Shown one piece after another: positions 1 to 10,232 of a stretch of 53,849 nucleotides of DNA. How positions within the stretch are numbered: position 1 is the first letter of the stretch; every line of letters starts with the position of its first letter. The DNA is from an uncultured Actinomycetes bacterium (GTDB lineage: Bacteria; Actinomycetota; UBA4738; HRBIN12). The notes under the pieces were generated by a model that searched no databases, was not told where the DNA came from, and worked only from the letters and a program-made list of their open reading frames with translations. A program made the position numbers and the translations under genes. The stretch lies in the NCBI GenBank assembly GCA_964567675.1, contig CAZMNP010000137.1, positions 1 to 53,849 of the forward strand, in the 5' to 3' direction.

Positions 1-379
1 CCAGAGCTTCCTCCGCGCTCAGCAATTCCGCGTCCACCCCGAGCGAGCGCTGGAGCGCGTTCGCTGTGACGAAGTCGCGCCACAGGGCTTCGTCCCGCAC
101 GAGGAACAGGTAGCCGTGCCGGGCGACGTCGAGCGGGAGACTGTGCTCCTGCGTGAACCCCGTGATCATCGGCACGCTCGCGAGCGAGAGCCGGATGTTG
201 ATCTCGCTCGAGAACTGCGTCCGGACCCCTCCGGCGCACGCGCCGGTCGACCCGGCCGCGAGCCGGTCCTCGCGCTCGAGCAGCACGACGCGCCCCACAC
301 CGGCCATCGCGAGGTTGTACGCGGCGCTGGCGCCCACGACTCCCCCACCGACGACGACGACGTCGGCGGTCCGACTCAC
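1..379 (-). CDS. FAD-dependent oxidoreductase (DadA / sarcosine-oxidase-beta-like), N-terminal part only; gene runs off the left edge
   Basis: Absent from the ORF track because it has no in-window stop. Reverse translation from GTG at 379 gives VSRTADVVVVGGGVVGASAAYNLAMAGVGRVVLLEREDRLAAGSTGACAGGVR, a GxGxxG Rossmann FAD-binding N-terminus. It starts 9 nt after the stop of the upstream gene. Confidence 0.7.
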   Translation of the reverse strand, partial: MSRTADVVVVGGGVVGASAAYNLAMAGVGRVVLLEREDRLAAGSTGACAGGVRTQFSSEINIRLSLASVPMITGFTQEHSLPLDVARHGYLFLVRDEALWRDFVTANALQRSLGVDAELLSAEEAL

Positions 380-387
380 GCGGCCGT

Positions 388-1302
388 TCACGAGCCCAGC
401 CGATCGACCGCGGCCCGCGCGACGACGAGATCCTCGAACGCGACGCCGACGGACTTGAAGAGCGTGATGTCTTCGTCGGAGCCGCGAACCCGCGTCCCTC
501 GCACCACCTCTGACAGGTCTGCAAGCACGTGATCCCGCCCGATGGCTCCCTCCGCCATCGCGATGGCCAGGTCCCCCGCCTCCTCGGCCGCGGCCTCCCG
601 CGTCTCGACCACGACCCGCGCGCGGCGGACCGCCTCCGCGTCGAGCTCGCGCATCGTCGTGGCGTACGCGCCGACGGCGTTCACGTGGACGCCTTCGGGA
701 AGGTTCGCGCCTTCGAGCACCGGGGTCGAGCTCGTCGTGCACGTGCACACCAGATCCGCGTCCCGTTCGGCTCCGGGCGCCCCGACGGACGCCCGGAGCC
801 CTCCGCTCGACGCCGATCTCGCGAGGTCTTCCGCTGCATCGCGTCCGCGCGAGACGATCACGAGCTCCTCGACCGGACGAACTGCCCGCATCGCGTCCAG
901 ATGCGATCGCGCCTGCACTCCGGCCCCGTAGAGCACCAGCCTCCGCGCATCCGGCCGTGCCAGCCATCGAGTCGCCAGTCCGCTGACCGCTGCGGTCCGA
1001 AGCGCGGTCAGCGCCGCCCCGTCGAACGTCGCCACGGGCGACTGCGTTTCGGCGTCGAACAAGACGTAGACGGCGTGGATGAACGGCCGGCCCTTCTCAG
1101 AGTTCGCCGGCGTGAGCGTCACGAGCTTCACGCCCACACCGGATGCTCCGTATGCCGGCATCACGAGCAGTGTGCCGCTCGCGGTCTCGATATGGCTCCG
1201 AAGCGGCGACTCCGGTAGCGGGTCGGCCCCGAACGCCGCCTCCAGCGCATCGATCGCGGCTGCCATCGGAAGCGAACGCGCGAGCGCCTCCGGCCCGATC
1301 AC
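388..1302 (-). CDS. ornithine cyclodeaminase / mu-crystallin family protein
   Basis: 304-aa ORF with a central NAD-binding stretch LVLYGAGVQARSHL and a family-like C-terminus DITLFKSVGVAFEDL. GTG start lies 16 nt after the livF stop, so it is co-operonic with the transporter. Confidence 0.8.
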   Translation of the reverse strand: MIGPEALARSLPMAAAIDALEAAFGADPLPESPLRSHIETASGTLLVMPAYGASGVGVKLVTLTPANSEKGRPFIHAVYVLFDAETQSPVATFDGAALTALRTAAVSGLATRWLARPDARRLVLYGAGVQARSHLDAMRAVRPVEELVIVSRGRDAAEDLARSASSGGLRASVGAPGAERDADLVCTCTTSSTPVLEGANLPEGVHVNAVGAYATTMRELDAEAVRRARVVVETREAAAEEAGDLAIAMAEGAIGRDHVLADLSEVVRGTRVRGSDEDITLFKSVGVAFEDLVVARAAVDRLGS

Positions 1303-1318
1303 GGCGGTCGTCCGGGGC

Positions 1319-2161
1319 TCAGAGCTCGCCGAGGTACGCCTCCCGCATCAAGGGGCTGGCGAGCAGGTTCTGGGCCGTGTCGGCGAGGACTACCTCGCCC
1401 GTCTGGATCACGTACCCGCGGTCGGCGATGGATAGCGCCATGTTCGCGTTCTGCTCCACCACGAACACCGTCCGGCCGAGACCGCGGATCTGTTTGATGA
1501 TCTCGAAGACCTGCTCGACGAGGATCGGCGCGAGGCCCATCGACGGCTCGTCCATCAGGAGCACCTTCGGGTCGGCCATCAACGCGCGCCCCATCGCGAC
1601 CATCTGCTGCTCGCCGCCCGAAAGCGTTCCGGCCTTCTGCTTCAACCGCTCGCGGATCCGGGGGAATGTCTCCAGGATGTGCTCGCGGTCCTCGGCGACC
1701 TTCACACGATCCTTCCGCTGGTACGCACCCAGGTCCAGGTTCTCCGAGACCGTCATGTTCCCGAACAGGCGGCGGTTCTCCGGCACCATCGAGATGCCGC
1801 GCGCGACGATCTCGTTCGTCGGAAGGCCGCTGACGACCTCGCCGTCCAGCAGGACCTCACCCTCGGAGGGCTTCACGTAGCCGAGGATGGTCTTGAGCGT
1901 CGTGGTCTTGCCGCTCGCGTTCCCTCCGAGCAGGCAAACCATCTCGCCCTGGTAGATCTCCACGTCGACGTTGCGAAGGACGGCGACCAGGCCGTAGTGC
2001 GTGCTCACGTTGCGGAGCTCGAGGACCGCTTTCCGGTCGCCGTCGACCGAAGTCGCCGGCTCGGCCGGGGCGGGCAGCGCGTCGGTCTCGACCGGCTGCG
2101 TGGCGACACCCGTCTCGCTGGGACCGGGCGTCTGCACCATCCCCGGGGTCTCGGTGCTCAT
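1319..2161 (-). CDS. livF: branched-chain/hydrophobic amino-acid ABC transporter ATP-binding protein (LivF type) with Pro/Thr/Glu-rich N-terminal extension
   Basis: Walker A GGNASGKTT, signature LSGGEQQ, Walker B LLMDEPS, C-terminal AYLG. ATGA start/stop overlap with livG at 2158-2161 supports the long N-terminus. Confidence 0.85.
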   Translation of the reverse strand: MSTETPGMVQTPGPSETGVATQPVETDALPAPAEPATSVDGDRKAVLELRNVSTHYGLVAVLRNVDVEIYQGEMVCLLGGNASGKTTTLKTILGYVKPSEGEVLLDGEVVSGLPTNEIVARGISMVPENRRLFGNMTVSENLDLGAYQRKDRVKVAEDREHILETFPRIRERLKQKAGTLSGGEQQMVAMGRALMADPKVLLMDEPSMGLAPILVEQVFEIIKQIRGLGRTVFVVEQNANMALSIADRGYVIQTGEVVLADTAQNLLASPLMREAYLGEL

Positions 2162-2949
2162 CCCGCCGCTTTCGTGCCGAGGTACGCCTCCACCACCTGC
2201 GGGTTGTTCGCCACCTCGTCGTACGCGCCCTCCGCGATCTTCCGCCCGTAGTCGAGCGCGATCACGCGGTCGGACACGCCCTTCACGACCCGCATGTCGT
2301 GCTCGATCACGAGGACGGTGAAGCCGAGTTGGTCCCGCATGCGGACGATGTGGTCCCTGAGCTCGAGCGTCTCGGTCGGGTTCATCCCGGCCGTCGGCTC
2401 GTCGAGCATGATCAAAGTGGGCTCCGTCGCGATCGCGCGGGCCATCTCGAGCCTGCGACGATTCGCGTACGAGAGCGCGTTCGCCGGCTGCTCCTGCCGG
2501 TACCCGGCCAGGCGCGAGCCGAAGAACTCGAGCGCTTCCTTGGCGCGCTGGCGGATGCGCTCTTCCTCGCGTCGCGTCGACGGCGGGCGGAACACGGCGC
2601 CGAAGACGCCGGACGTCGTCCTGCAGTGCTGCCCCACCATCGCGTTCTCGAGCACGGTCATGTTCGGGAACAGGTGGACCGTCTGGAAGGTCCGGGCGAC
2701 GCCGAGCCGCGTGATCTGGTTCGGCGCGAGGCCGACCAGGCGCTCGCCCCGGTAGAAGACGGCGCCGTCGTCGGGTTCGTACAGCCCCGTGACGACGTTG
2801 AACATCGTGCTCTTGCCCGCGCCGTTCGGCCCGATCACCGACACGATCTCCCCGGCATCGACGTGCATGTCCAGACCCGAGAGCGCGTACAGGCCGCCGA
2901 AGTGTTTGGCCACGTTCCGCAGCTCGAGGAGGGGCGTGCCCGAGCTCAC
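2158..2949 (-). CDS. livG: amino-acid ABC transporter ATP-binding protein (LivG type)
   Basis: Walker A GPNGAGKST, signature LSYANRRRLE, Walker B IMLDEPTAG. The track ORF (2158-3621) is over-extended. GTG at 2949 forms a GTGA overlap with the livM stop (2946-2948) and gives LELRNVAKHFGG near the N-terminus. Confidence 0.85.
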   Translation of the reverse strand: MSSGTPLLELRNVAKHFGGLYALSGLDMHVDAGEIVSVIGPNGAGKSTMFNVVTGLYEPDDGAVFYRGERLVGLAPNQITRLGVARTFQTVHLFPNMTVLENAMVGQHCRTTSGVFGAVFRPPSTRREEERIRQRAKEALEFFGSRLAGYRQEQPANALSYANRRRLEMARAIATEPTLIMLDEPTAGMNPTETLELRDHIVRMRDQLGFTVLVIEHDMRVVKGVSDRVIALDYGRKIAEGAYDEVANNPQVVEAYLGTKAAG

Positions 2950-4751
2950 TCCGCTATCTCCTCCTCGGGTTCGGCGCCGAGGCGCCCGCCGGCGACCGCC
3001 GCCGCGTACGTCTCCTCGACCTCGCCCTCGGTCTTCGGCTTGGCCCACGCGTCCTGCGTCATCTCGTCTTCCTGCAGCTCGTGCATCCGGCGGACGTTCG
3101 GAACGAGGCCCTGGGGCCGGAGCACCATGATCGCGACCAGCACGCCGCCGTAGATCAAGAGCCGGTACTCCTCGAACTCGCGGAGCAACCCGGGCAGCCC
3201 GATCAGCACCAAGGCCCCGACGACCACGCCGGGGATGCTCCCGAGTCCGCCGAGGATCACGACGGCGAGCGCGGTGATCGACACGAGGATCTCGAAGCTC
3301 GCCGGTGTGAGCGAGCCGATCTTGACGGCGAACAGCGCGCCACCGAGCGAGCCGACCGCACCACCCATCGCGAAGGCAAGGAGCTTGTACCTCGTCGTGC
3401 TGATGCCCATCGCGTCGGCGACCTGCTCGTCCTCGCGCATGGCGTTCCAGGCGCGACCGACGCGCGAGGAGGACAGACGCCAGGACACGAAGATCGCGAG
3501 GATCACGAAGGCGAGCGCCAGGTAATAGAAGTGCTGCGGCGCGCGGAACGAGTAGCCCGCGATCTCGGCGTCGGTGATCCCGCGCATCCCCTGTGGTCCC
3601 CCGACGAGCGGGGCGAGCCAACGAGACTGCGTCAGGATGCTCACGATCTCGCCCAGGCCGAGCGTGACGATCGCGAGATAGTCGCCTCGCAGCCGCAGGA
3701 CCGGCGCTCCGATCAGCAGGCCGAGTCCCGCCGCGAGGATCACGACCACGATGACCGCGATGTAGAAGTTCAGGTTCGCCGAGAAGGCCGGATCGGCTGC
3801 GCCGGCGGTCGTGTTCAACGTGGCCCCGGAAAGGAGCGCGAGCGCGTAGGCGCCGAACGCGAAGAAGGCCACGTAGCCGAGGTCGAGCAGGCCGGCGTAG
3901 CCGACCACGATGTTCAGGCCGAGACCCAGGAGTATGAACACCATGACCGTCCCCAGGACCTCGGAGATCACCGCCCCGACGAGCAAGGGGAGGATCCCGA
4001 GCAGCACCACCAGGACGATCAGGAGCGCCGTACGCGTTGCCGGCTGCTCACGGACCGTCGAGCGGGCGCGCTCCCTGGCGGCCGGACCGCTCCGCGTCCA
4101 CAGGGCGCTGGCCACGACGGCGATCACGAAGACGCCGATCCCCCCGGCGAGGGTGAGGCCTCCGGACGGCTCGTAGAGGAAGTCCGGCTCCACGCCCAGT
4201 TCCCGCATGGCGACCGGGATGATGCGCTGCAACAGGCCCATCAGGAGCGTCGCGGCGATCCCGAGGATGAGCGGAGAACGCAACTGGGGGGAGGCGTTCC
4301 GGATGACGCCCCCGGCGACGCCGGAGACGAACCCGAGGGCGATCAGGAGCACGATGCCCGCGGCGAAGCCACGCTCGAACGTCACGAACTCGATCAGTGT
4401 GGGTGACGCCGCGATGAACACCTGCCGCACGCGGTTGACGTCGAACCACTCCGCGAACACGATCGCCGCGGCGAAGGCCCCGATCGAGACGAGCCCCGTG
4501 GCGGCACCCGCCACGGCGCCGTGTGCCGGCGTCGGCACGCGCCGCACCCCCGCCACGACCCTGGGTCGCGTCACGACGTACGCGGCGACGAACGGGGGCA
4601 GGACGAGCAGGACTCGGCCGAGGGTCACCTGCTCCCCCACGAGCTCGAGGTCGCTGAACCGCTCCGTCAGTCCGACCAGCGCGAGGTAGATCGACACGAC
4701 GGCACCGATCAGCCCGCCGCCTATCGCCGAACGCACCGGTACCGGGCCCAC
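2946..4751 (-). CDS. livM: amino-acid ABC transporter permease (LivM type), 601 aa with extra N-terminal membrane domain and acidic C-terminal tail
   Basis: Multi-TM ORF. The C-terminal two thirds carry LivM-like segments (GYAGLLDLGYVAFFAFGAY, GGPQGM). About 250 extra hydrophobic residues sit at the N-terminus. GTG start is 2 nt after the livH stop. Confidence 0.8.
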   Translation of the reverse strand: MGPVPVRSAIGGGLIGAVVSIYLALVGLTERFSDLELVGEQVTLGRVLLVLPPFVAAYVVTRPRVVAGVRRVPTPAHGAVAGAATGLVSIGAFAAAIVFAEWFDVNRVRQVFIAASPTLIEFVTFERGFAAGIVLLIALGFVSGVAGGVIRNASPQLRSPLILGIAATLLMGLLQRIIPVAMRELGVEPDFLYEPSGGLTLAGGIGVFVIAVVASALWTRSGPAARERARSTVREQPATRTALLIVLVVLLGILPLLVGAVISEVLGTVMVFILLGLGLNIVVGYAGLLDLGYVAFFAFGAYALALLSGATLNTTAGAADPAFSANLNFYIAVIVVVILAAGLGLLIGAPVLRLRGDYLAIVTLGLGEIVSILTQSRWLAPLVGGPQGMRGITDAEIAGYSFRAPQHFYYLALAFVILAIFVSWRLSSSRVGRAWNAMREDEQVADAMGISTTRYKLLAFAMGGAVGSLGGALFAVKIGSLTPASFEILVSITALAVVILGGLGSIPGVVVGALVLIGLPGLLREFEEYRLLIYGGVLVAIMVLRPQGLVPNVRRMHELQEDEMTQDAWAKPKTEGEVEETYAAAVAGGRLGAEPEEEIAE

Positions 4752-4753
4752 CG

Positions 4754-5911
4754 TCAGACCTTCTCCGCCTCGCCGGTTCCCAGGATGCCGCCGGGCCGGA
4801 AGATCAGCACCAGCACCAGCACGAGGAACGTGAACGCATCCTTGAGCTGGAACGGCGAAGGGACGTGGTAGCCCGTGAGGATCAACGAGGGTCCGATCGC
4901 CTGCAGGAGTCCCAACGAGAGCCCGCCCAACGCCGCGCCGGAGATGCTTCCGATCCCGCCCAGTACCGCGGCCGTGAAGGCGGCGATCCCCGGCCGGAAG
5001 CCCATCGAGAAGTTGACTCCCTCAAAGGTCAGCGCGAACAGGACGGCGGCGATCCCGGCGAGCAGCCCACCGATGGCGAACGTCGTCACGACGACCCGGT
5101 CGACCTTGATGCCCATGAGGCTGGCGATCTCCGCATCCTCGGCGACGGCGCGCATCGACTTCCCGGTCTTGGTCCTGGAGATGAAGAGCGTGAGAACGAC
5201 CACCGCGAGGGCCGCCGTGAGGAAGACCACCACGCGGATGCGAGGCATCTCGCTGCCGAGGATCGTCCAGCTTCCCTGGAGGATCTCGGGCTTGCGGAAT
5301 CCCCGCGTCTGGGCCCCGAAGAACCCCCGTGCCGTGTTCTGAAGGAACAACGAGGCTCCGATCGCCGTGATCAGCGGGACGAGCCGCGGGGCGCCCCGCA
5401 GGGGCCGGTACGCCACGCGCTCCAGCAGCACCGCCACTCCCACGGACGCGGCCATCGCGACCACCAGCAGGATCCCGATCGCCGGGAGGGGGTGTCGGTC
5501 CAAGAACCCGGTCGCCGCGTAGGCGTCGACGAAGAAGTACGCGGCGAACGCGCCGAGCATGAAGACCTCGCCGTGGGCGAAATTGATCATCCGAAGGATC
5601 CCGTAGACGAGCGTGTAGCCGAGGGCGATCAGCGCGTAGATCGCTCCCTGGGCGATCCCGAGGACGACGAAGTCGCGCCAGGCGTCCGCGGAGTAGCGCT
5701 GGCCCTCGGGAAGGGTGAGGGTCCGAAGAGCCCCGATCGAGACCGTCCCGACGATGAAGACCGCAAGGACGATCAGGATGACGCGACGCCACGGCAGCCG
5801 CTCCAGGCGCCCCATCCGGACCTCGCGGGTCGGCGGATCCGTCACCGTCGCCATGTCGCGGGAGCCTATTCCTTCCCGAAACGCGCCGCTGCGGGTGGGC
5901 CGGGGGCCCAC
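4754..5911 (-). CDS. livH: amino-acid ABC transporter permease (LivH type)
   Basis: Multi-TM ORF with the LivH-typical INFAHGEVFMLGAF motif. The start is uncertain: the longest ORF begins at 5911, and an internal ATG at 5854 (MATVTD) is equally plausible. Confidence 0.8.
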   Translation of the reverse strand: MGPRPTRSGAFREGIGSRDMATVTDPPTREVRMGRLERLPWRRVILIVLAVFIVGTVSIGALRTLTLPEGQRYSADAWRDFVVLGIAQGAIYALIALGYTLVYGILRMINFAHGEVFMLGAFAAYFFVDAYAATGFLDRHPLPAIGILLVVAMAASVGVAVLLERVAYRPLRGAPRLVPLITAIGASLFLQNTARGFFGAQTRGFRKPEILQGSWTILGSEMPRIRVVVFLTAALAVVVLTLFISRTKTGKSMRAVAEDAEIASLMGIKVDRVVVTTFAIGGLLAGIAAVLFALTFEGVNFSMGFRPGIAAFTAAVLGGIGSISGAALGGLSLGLLQAIGPSLILTGYHVPSPFQLKDAFTFLVLVLVLIFRPGGILGTGEAEKV

Positions 5912-5947
5912 CCGCAGCGTGCGGTTGCGTTCCGACGATCCGTCCGA

Positions 5948-7288
5948 CTAGAGGACGTCGGCCAGCGTCTTCGTGTCCGTGTACACCGGCGTGTTCGGGT
6001 CCTCCCCGCCCTCCACCGGCCAGTTCGGATACTGGAAGATGCCGATCGTGACGTCGGTCGCGCAGTCCCCCAGCTCCGTGCACGTGACGATGCCCGTGAT
6101 CCCCTCGTAGCCACTGGTCGCCAACACCGCGTCCTTCAGCGCCGTTCTCGAGATCGTGAGGTTGCCGCTCCCGTCGTCCACGGCGACCTGCTCGATCGCC
6201 TGGAACAGGACGTTCGATGCGTCGAACGCATGCGCGTGGAACACTGCGGTCGGCTCCGTGCCGAACTGCTCCTGGTACGCCGGGAGGAACTCGTCGTTGT
6301 AGAACGCGCCTTCCTGGAACACGGTCACGTCCGGCGACGAGGCGAAGTAGTCCCCGCTGGGACTCCCGGCGGTGTCGACGAACGAGGACTCGAGACATCC
6401 ATCGGAGCCCAGCTGCACGGTACCGTCGGGCAGGATGTCGGCACCCTGCGAGTAGGTGAAGGCACACACCGGGTTGAAGTTCGGACCGTACACCGCGCCA
6501 GGCTCGCCCTCGGCGATGTTCCGCAGCACCGTCGACAGATCGGCGTCGGCACTATTCACCTGCTCGATGGCCGTGATGGTTCCGCCGAGATTCTCGAAGT
6601 TGTCGCGGAACGCGAGAGCGAGGCCATCCGCGTACGGGCTCTCGTCGTTGATCGTGGCGGCCGTGTCGATGCCCAGCTCGTTGAAGGCGTACTCGGCCAC
6701 GATCGCGCCCTGGATCTTGTCGTTGTGGGCCGTGCGGGCGTAGAAGGGCTGGTGGGCATCCTCCGACGTCAGACCCGGGTTCGTGTTGGACGGCGAGAAC
6801 AGGAGCATGCCGACGTCCGACAGGATCGTGTCGGCGACGCCCAGCGCCGAGCTCGAGCAGGTCGTCCCGATCACGGCGACCACGGTCGTGTCCGCCGCGA
6901 GCGCCGTCGCTCCGGCCTGGCCGCCCTCGGCCGAGCAGCCGTCGTCCTCCTGCGTGAGCTCGATGTCGTGCCCCAGCAGCTGGCCGGGCGTCGCGTCGAG
7001 CGCGCCGTCCAGGTTGTCGATCGCGAGCTCGATCCCATGGTTGCTGTCGGTGCCGAGGGCCGCGGTCTCACCCGAGATCGAGAGCAGCGATGCGAGGTGG
7101 ATCGGTTCGCCCGCGGCGACCTCGACGCAGCCGAACTCGTCCGCCTCACAGTCGACGGCGCTACCCGTGGCCCCGTCGGTCGCACCGGTCGCGCCGGTGC
7201 CATCTCCTTCGTCGTCACCGCAAGCTGCCGCGACGAAGGTCAATGCCGCGAACAGAGCGAACACGGTGAAGAACTTTTGCTTCCTCAT
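5948..7288 (-). CDS. livK: amino-acid ABC transporter substrate-binding lipoprotein (LivK / type I periplasmic binding protein fold)
   Basis: ATG at 7288 is preceded by GGAGGGGGG with 5-nt spacing. It gives the lipoprotein signal MRKQKFFTVFALFAALTFVAAAC (lipobox VAAAC) and then an acidic Gly/Asp/Thr linker. The body resembles Leu/Ile/Val-binding proteins. Confidence 0.8.
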   Translation of the reverse strand: MRKQKFFTVFALFAALTFVAAACGDDEGDGTGATGATDGATGSAVDCEADEFGCVEVAAGEPIHLASLLSISGETAALGTDSNHGIELAIDNLDGALDATPGQLLGHDIELTQEDDGCSAEGGQAGATALAADTTVVAVIGTTCSSSALGVADTILSDVGMLLFSPSNTNPGLTSEDAHQPFYARTAHNDKIQGAIVAEYAFNELGIDTAATINDESPYADGLALAFRDNFENLGGTITAIEQVNSADADLSTVLRNIAEGEPGAVYGPNFNPVCAFTYSQGADILPDGTVQLGSDGCLESSFVDTAGSPSGDYFASSPDVTVFQEGAFYNDEFLPAYQEQFGTEPTAVFHAHAFDASNVLFQAIEQVAVDDGSGNLTISRTALKDAVLATSGYEGITGIVTCTELGDCATDVTIGIFQYPNWPVEGGEDPNTPVYTDTKTLADVL

Positions 7289-7399
7289 CCAAACCCCCCT
7301 CCGGGTCGATCGGTCCTGCATCACGTAGCGAGCGGGGATCGACGGCCGATCTCGCCGTCTGATCCCGCCCGCCAGGACAGCTACCTATCACATCCCCCG

Positions 7400-7424
7400 T
7401 CCGGGGGGCCACTCGGCCCCCGGA
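7400..7424 (-). terminator. GC-rich hairpin downstream of trpA (possible intrinsic terminator without U-tract)
   Basis: tccggggggcc-actc-ggcccccgga forms a stem of about 10 bp with one bulged G, 45 nt after the trpA stop. No T-run follows, so termination activity is uncertain. Confidence 0.3.
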
Positions 7425-7468
7425 CCGCCTCCGGGTATCTGTACGCAAGGAGCCGACCCGGGGGATGC

Positions 7469-8239
7469 CTAGACAGGCACGGCGGCCCGGAACGCGGCGC
7501 CCAGCCGGAGTGCGGCGTCGCGCTCGCCGGCCACGAGATGCCGCACGAGCGCGCTCCCGACGATCACGCCGTCGGCGAAGCGGCACGCCTGGGCGGCCTG
7601 CTCGGGGGTGCCGATCCCGACCCCCACCAGGAGCGGGAGGTCGGTGAGCGGCCTGAGCGCCGCGACCAGGTCCTCGGCTGTGCCGGCCAGCGCTTCTCGC
7701 TCACCCGTGACGCCGTACGTCGCGACGCAGTAGACGAACCCGCCGGCGAGCCCGGCGATCGAGCGGAGACGCTCGGGACTGGAGCCGGGCGCCGCGAGGA
7801 GCACGGGCGCCAGACCCGTTTCCCGGCACCCGCGAGCCAGGTCCTCCGCCTCGTCGACGGGCAGGTCCGGCACGATCACACCGGCGACCCCCGCATCGGC
7901 CGCCGCTCGCAGGAAGGTCTCCACACCGTGGCGAAGGACGGGGTTGAAGTACGTCATCACGGCTACCGGCACGCCGACCCCGGCCTCCTTCACCGTGGCG
8001 AGCACGTCGGCCGGCCGCGTCCCGGACCCGAGCGCCCGGCGCGAGGCCTCCTGGATGACGCCGCCGTCCATCACCGGGTCGGAGAACGGGATCCCGAGCT
8101 CGATCGCGTCGGCGCCGGCGTCCGCCAGCCCGCGGAGAAGGCCCGCGTCGACCCCCTCGAGCCCTCCCGTCACGTACGGAACGAAGGCCCGTCCGCCGCC
8201 GTCCCGCCGTGCGCGGAGCGCGACTTCGAGGTCAGGCAT
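7469..8239 (-). CDS. trpA: tryptophan synthase alpha chain
   Basis: ATG at 8239 sits inside the trpB stop context (ATGCCTGA). Motif [17 protein letters not shown] is present and the length is 256 aa. The track ORF (to 8593) is over-extended into trpB. Confidence 0.93.
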   Translation of the reverse strand: MPDLEVALRARRDGGGRAFVPYVTGGLEGVDAGLLRGLADAGADAIELGIPFSDPVMDGGVIQEASRRALGSGTRPADVLATVKEAGVGVPVAVMTYFNPVLRHGVETFLRAAADAGVAGVIVPDLPVDEAEDLARGCRETGLAPVLLAAPGSSPERLRSIAGLAGGFVYCVATYGVTGEREALAGTAEDLVAALRPLTDLPLLVGVGIGTPEQAAQACRFADGVIVGSALVRHLVAGERDAALRLGAAFRAAVPV

Positions 8240-9437
8240 CCACGTCGAGTGTCCGGCCGAGCGCGGCGCGCACCGTCTCGAGGTCCTTGTCGCCCCGGCC
8301 GGAGACGTTCGCGACGACGAGCGATCCTTCGGGCAGCGGGCGCGACAGCAGCCAGCCGATCGCGTGCGCCGGCTCGAGCGCGGGCAGGATCCCCTCGTTC
8401 CGCGCGAGCGCCTGGAAGCCGGCGAGCGCTTCGGCATCGGTCGCCGAGACGTACTCCGCGCGACCGGCCTCCTTGAGGTACGAGTGTTCCGGACCCACGC
8501 CCGGGTAGTCGAGGCCGGCCGAGATCGAATGGGTCGGCACGACCTGTCCGTCCTCGTCCTGCAGCAGATACGAGAACGAGCCGTGCAGGACACCGGGATC
8601 TCCGAGCGTCAGCGACCGGCAGTGCTCGCCCAGGCCGTCGCCGCGACCGCCGGCCTCGACGCCGATCAGACGTACGGACGGCGTGCCGAGGAAGGCGGCG
8701 AAGATCCCCATCGCGTTGCTCCCGCCCCCAACGCACGCGACCACCGCATCGGGATCGCGGCCTTCGGCCTCCTGGATCTGCGAACGCGTCTCGTCGCCGA
8801 TGACGCGCTGGAACTCGCGCACCATCACCGGGAAGGGATGAGGACCCGCGACGGAGCCGATCACGTAATGCGTGTCCTGCACGGTGGCCGCCCAGTCGCG
8901 CATCGCTTCGTTCATCGCGTCCTTGAGCGTCCGGCTCCCCGAGGTCACCGACACGACTTCGGCGCCGAGCAGCAGCATCCGCGCGACGTTCGGCGCCTGC
9001 CGGACGGTGTCCTCCTCGCCCATGTAGACGACGCACGGCAGGCCGAACAGGGCGCAGGCGGTTGCGGTCGCAACCCCGTGCATGCCCGCCCCGGTCTCGG
9101 CGATGATCCGCCGCTTGCCGAGACGCCTCGCGAGCAGCACCTGCCCGAGCGTGTTGTTGATCTTGTGCGCGCCCGTGTGATTGAGATCCTCTCGTTTCAG
9201 CCACAGCCGGTACCCCAGCAGCTCCGAGAGCCGCGATGCGAACGTCAGCGGCGACGGCCTGCCGACGTAGTCACGAAGGAGCGCGTCGAGCTCGGCGCGG
9301 AACGTCGGGTCGTCTCGGAGCTCCGACCACGCGTCCGCGAGCTCGTCGAGCGCCGGGATGAGCACCTCGGGGACGTAGCGGCCGCCGAAACGTCCGAACC
9401 GCCCCCGCGCATCGGGCAGCGTGACCTGCGCGCTCAC
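8232..9437 (-). CDS. trpB: tryptophan synthase beta chain
   Basis: GTG at 9437 forms a GTGA overlap with the trpC stop. N-terminus [21 protein letters not shown]-lysine motif HTGAHKINN, and GGGSNAMG are present. Length 401 aa. Confidence 0.95.
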   Translation of the reverse strand: MSAQVTLPDARGRFGRFGGRYVPEVLIPALDELADAWSELRDDPTFRAELDALLRDYVGRPSPLTFASRLSELLGYRLWLKREDLNHTGAHKINNTLGQVLLARRLGKRRIIAETGAGMHGVATATACALFGLPCVVYMGEEDTVRQAPNVARMLLLGAEVVSVTSGSRTLKDAMNEAMRDWAATVQDTHYVIGSVAGPHPFPVMVREFQRVIGDETRSQIQEAEGRDPDAVVACVGGGSNAMGIFAAFLGTPSVRLIGVEAGGRGDGLGEHCRSLTLGDPGVLHGSFSYLLQDEDGQVVPTHSISAGLDYPGVGPEHSYLKEAGRAEYVSATDAEALAGFQALARNEGILPALEPAHAIGWLLSRPLPEGSLVVANVSGRGDKDLETVRAALGRTLDVDA

Positions 9438-10210
9438 GAGGGCGCTCCCCGGAGCTCTCGGAGCTTCGCCCCGGCGTCCTCGGCCCGCATGAGGGCCTCG
9501 CCGACCAGGACGGCCCGCGCTCCGGCGGCCGTTGCGCGCTCGACGTCCCTGCGCGTGGACACCCCGCTCTCGAACACGGCGATGCGATCGCCGGGCACCC
9601 CCCCGAGCAGGTCGAGGGCACGCTCCGGATCGACCTCGAGCGTCTCCAGGTCCCGGGCGTTGACGCCCACGACCTTGGCGTCGGTGGCCAGCGCCTTCTC
9701 CAGGTCCTGTTCCGAATGCGTTTCGACCAGTGTTCCCAGTCCCAGGTCGTCGGCCGTGGCAACCAACGCCTTCAGCTCGGACTCCTCGAGCGCCGCGGCG
9801 ATGAGGAGCACCGCGTCGGCACCCTCGACCCGGGACTCGATCACCTGCGCCGGGTGGACGAGGAAGTCCTTGCGGAGCACGGGCACCTTCACCGCCAGGT
9901 GGACGGCTCGGAGGTCGGCGAGCGCGCCGTCGAAGTGCTCGTGCTCGGTGAGCACCGACACGCTGGCGGCCCCCGCCGCCTCGTACGTCCGGGCGAGGGT
10001 GGCAGGGTCGGCATCCGCGATCCGTCCGGCCGAGGGCGAGGACCGTTTCACCTCGGCGATCACGGCAGGCGCGGGAGCCGACCACAGCGTGCCCGCGAAG
10101 GGCCTCGCGGGCGGGAGGCGCAGCGCGAGCGCCATCAGCTTGGGATCGTCCAGAGGCTGGCGCTCCAGCCTGCGCCGGACGCCATCCACGACCTCGGTGA
10201 GGAAGCCCAT
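9434..10210 (-). CDS. trpC: indole-3-glycerol phosphate synthase
   Basis: 258-aa ORF with [12 protein letters not shown] and [10 protein letters not shown] motifs and an ATG start. Confidence 0.93.
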   Translation of the reverse strand: MGFLTEVVDGVRRRLERQPLDDPKLMALALRLPPARPFAGTLWSAPAPAVIAEVKRSSPSAGRIADADPATLARTYEAAGAASVSVLTEHEHFDGALADLRAVHLAVKVPVLRKDFLVHPAQVIESRVEGADAVLLIAAALEESELKALVATADDLGLGTLVETHSEQDLEKALATDAKVVGVNARDLETLEVDPERALDLLGGVPGDRIAVFESGVSTRRDVERATAAGARAVLVGEALMRAEDAGAKLRELRGAPS

Positions 10211-10232
10211 CGGTGGGCCGGAAGTGTACGGG

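Noticed and set aside
4865-8476. 1203-aa plus-strand ORF spanning the livH/livK/trpA region
   Set aside because: It runs antisense to three genes with clear family motifs. The product is Arg/Gly/Asp/Pro-rich with no recognisable domain. Long open antisense frames are expected at this GC content.
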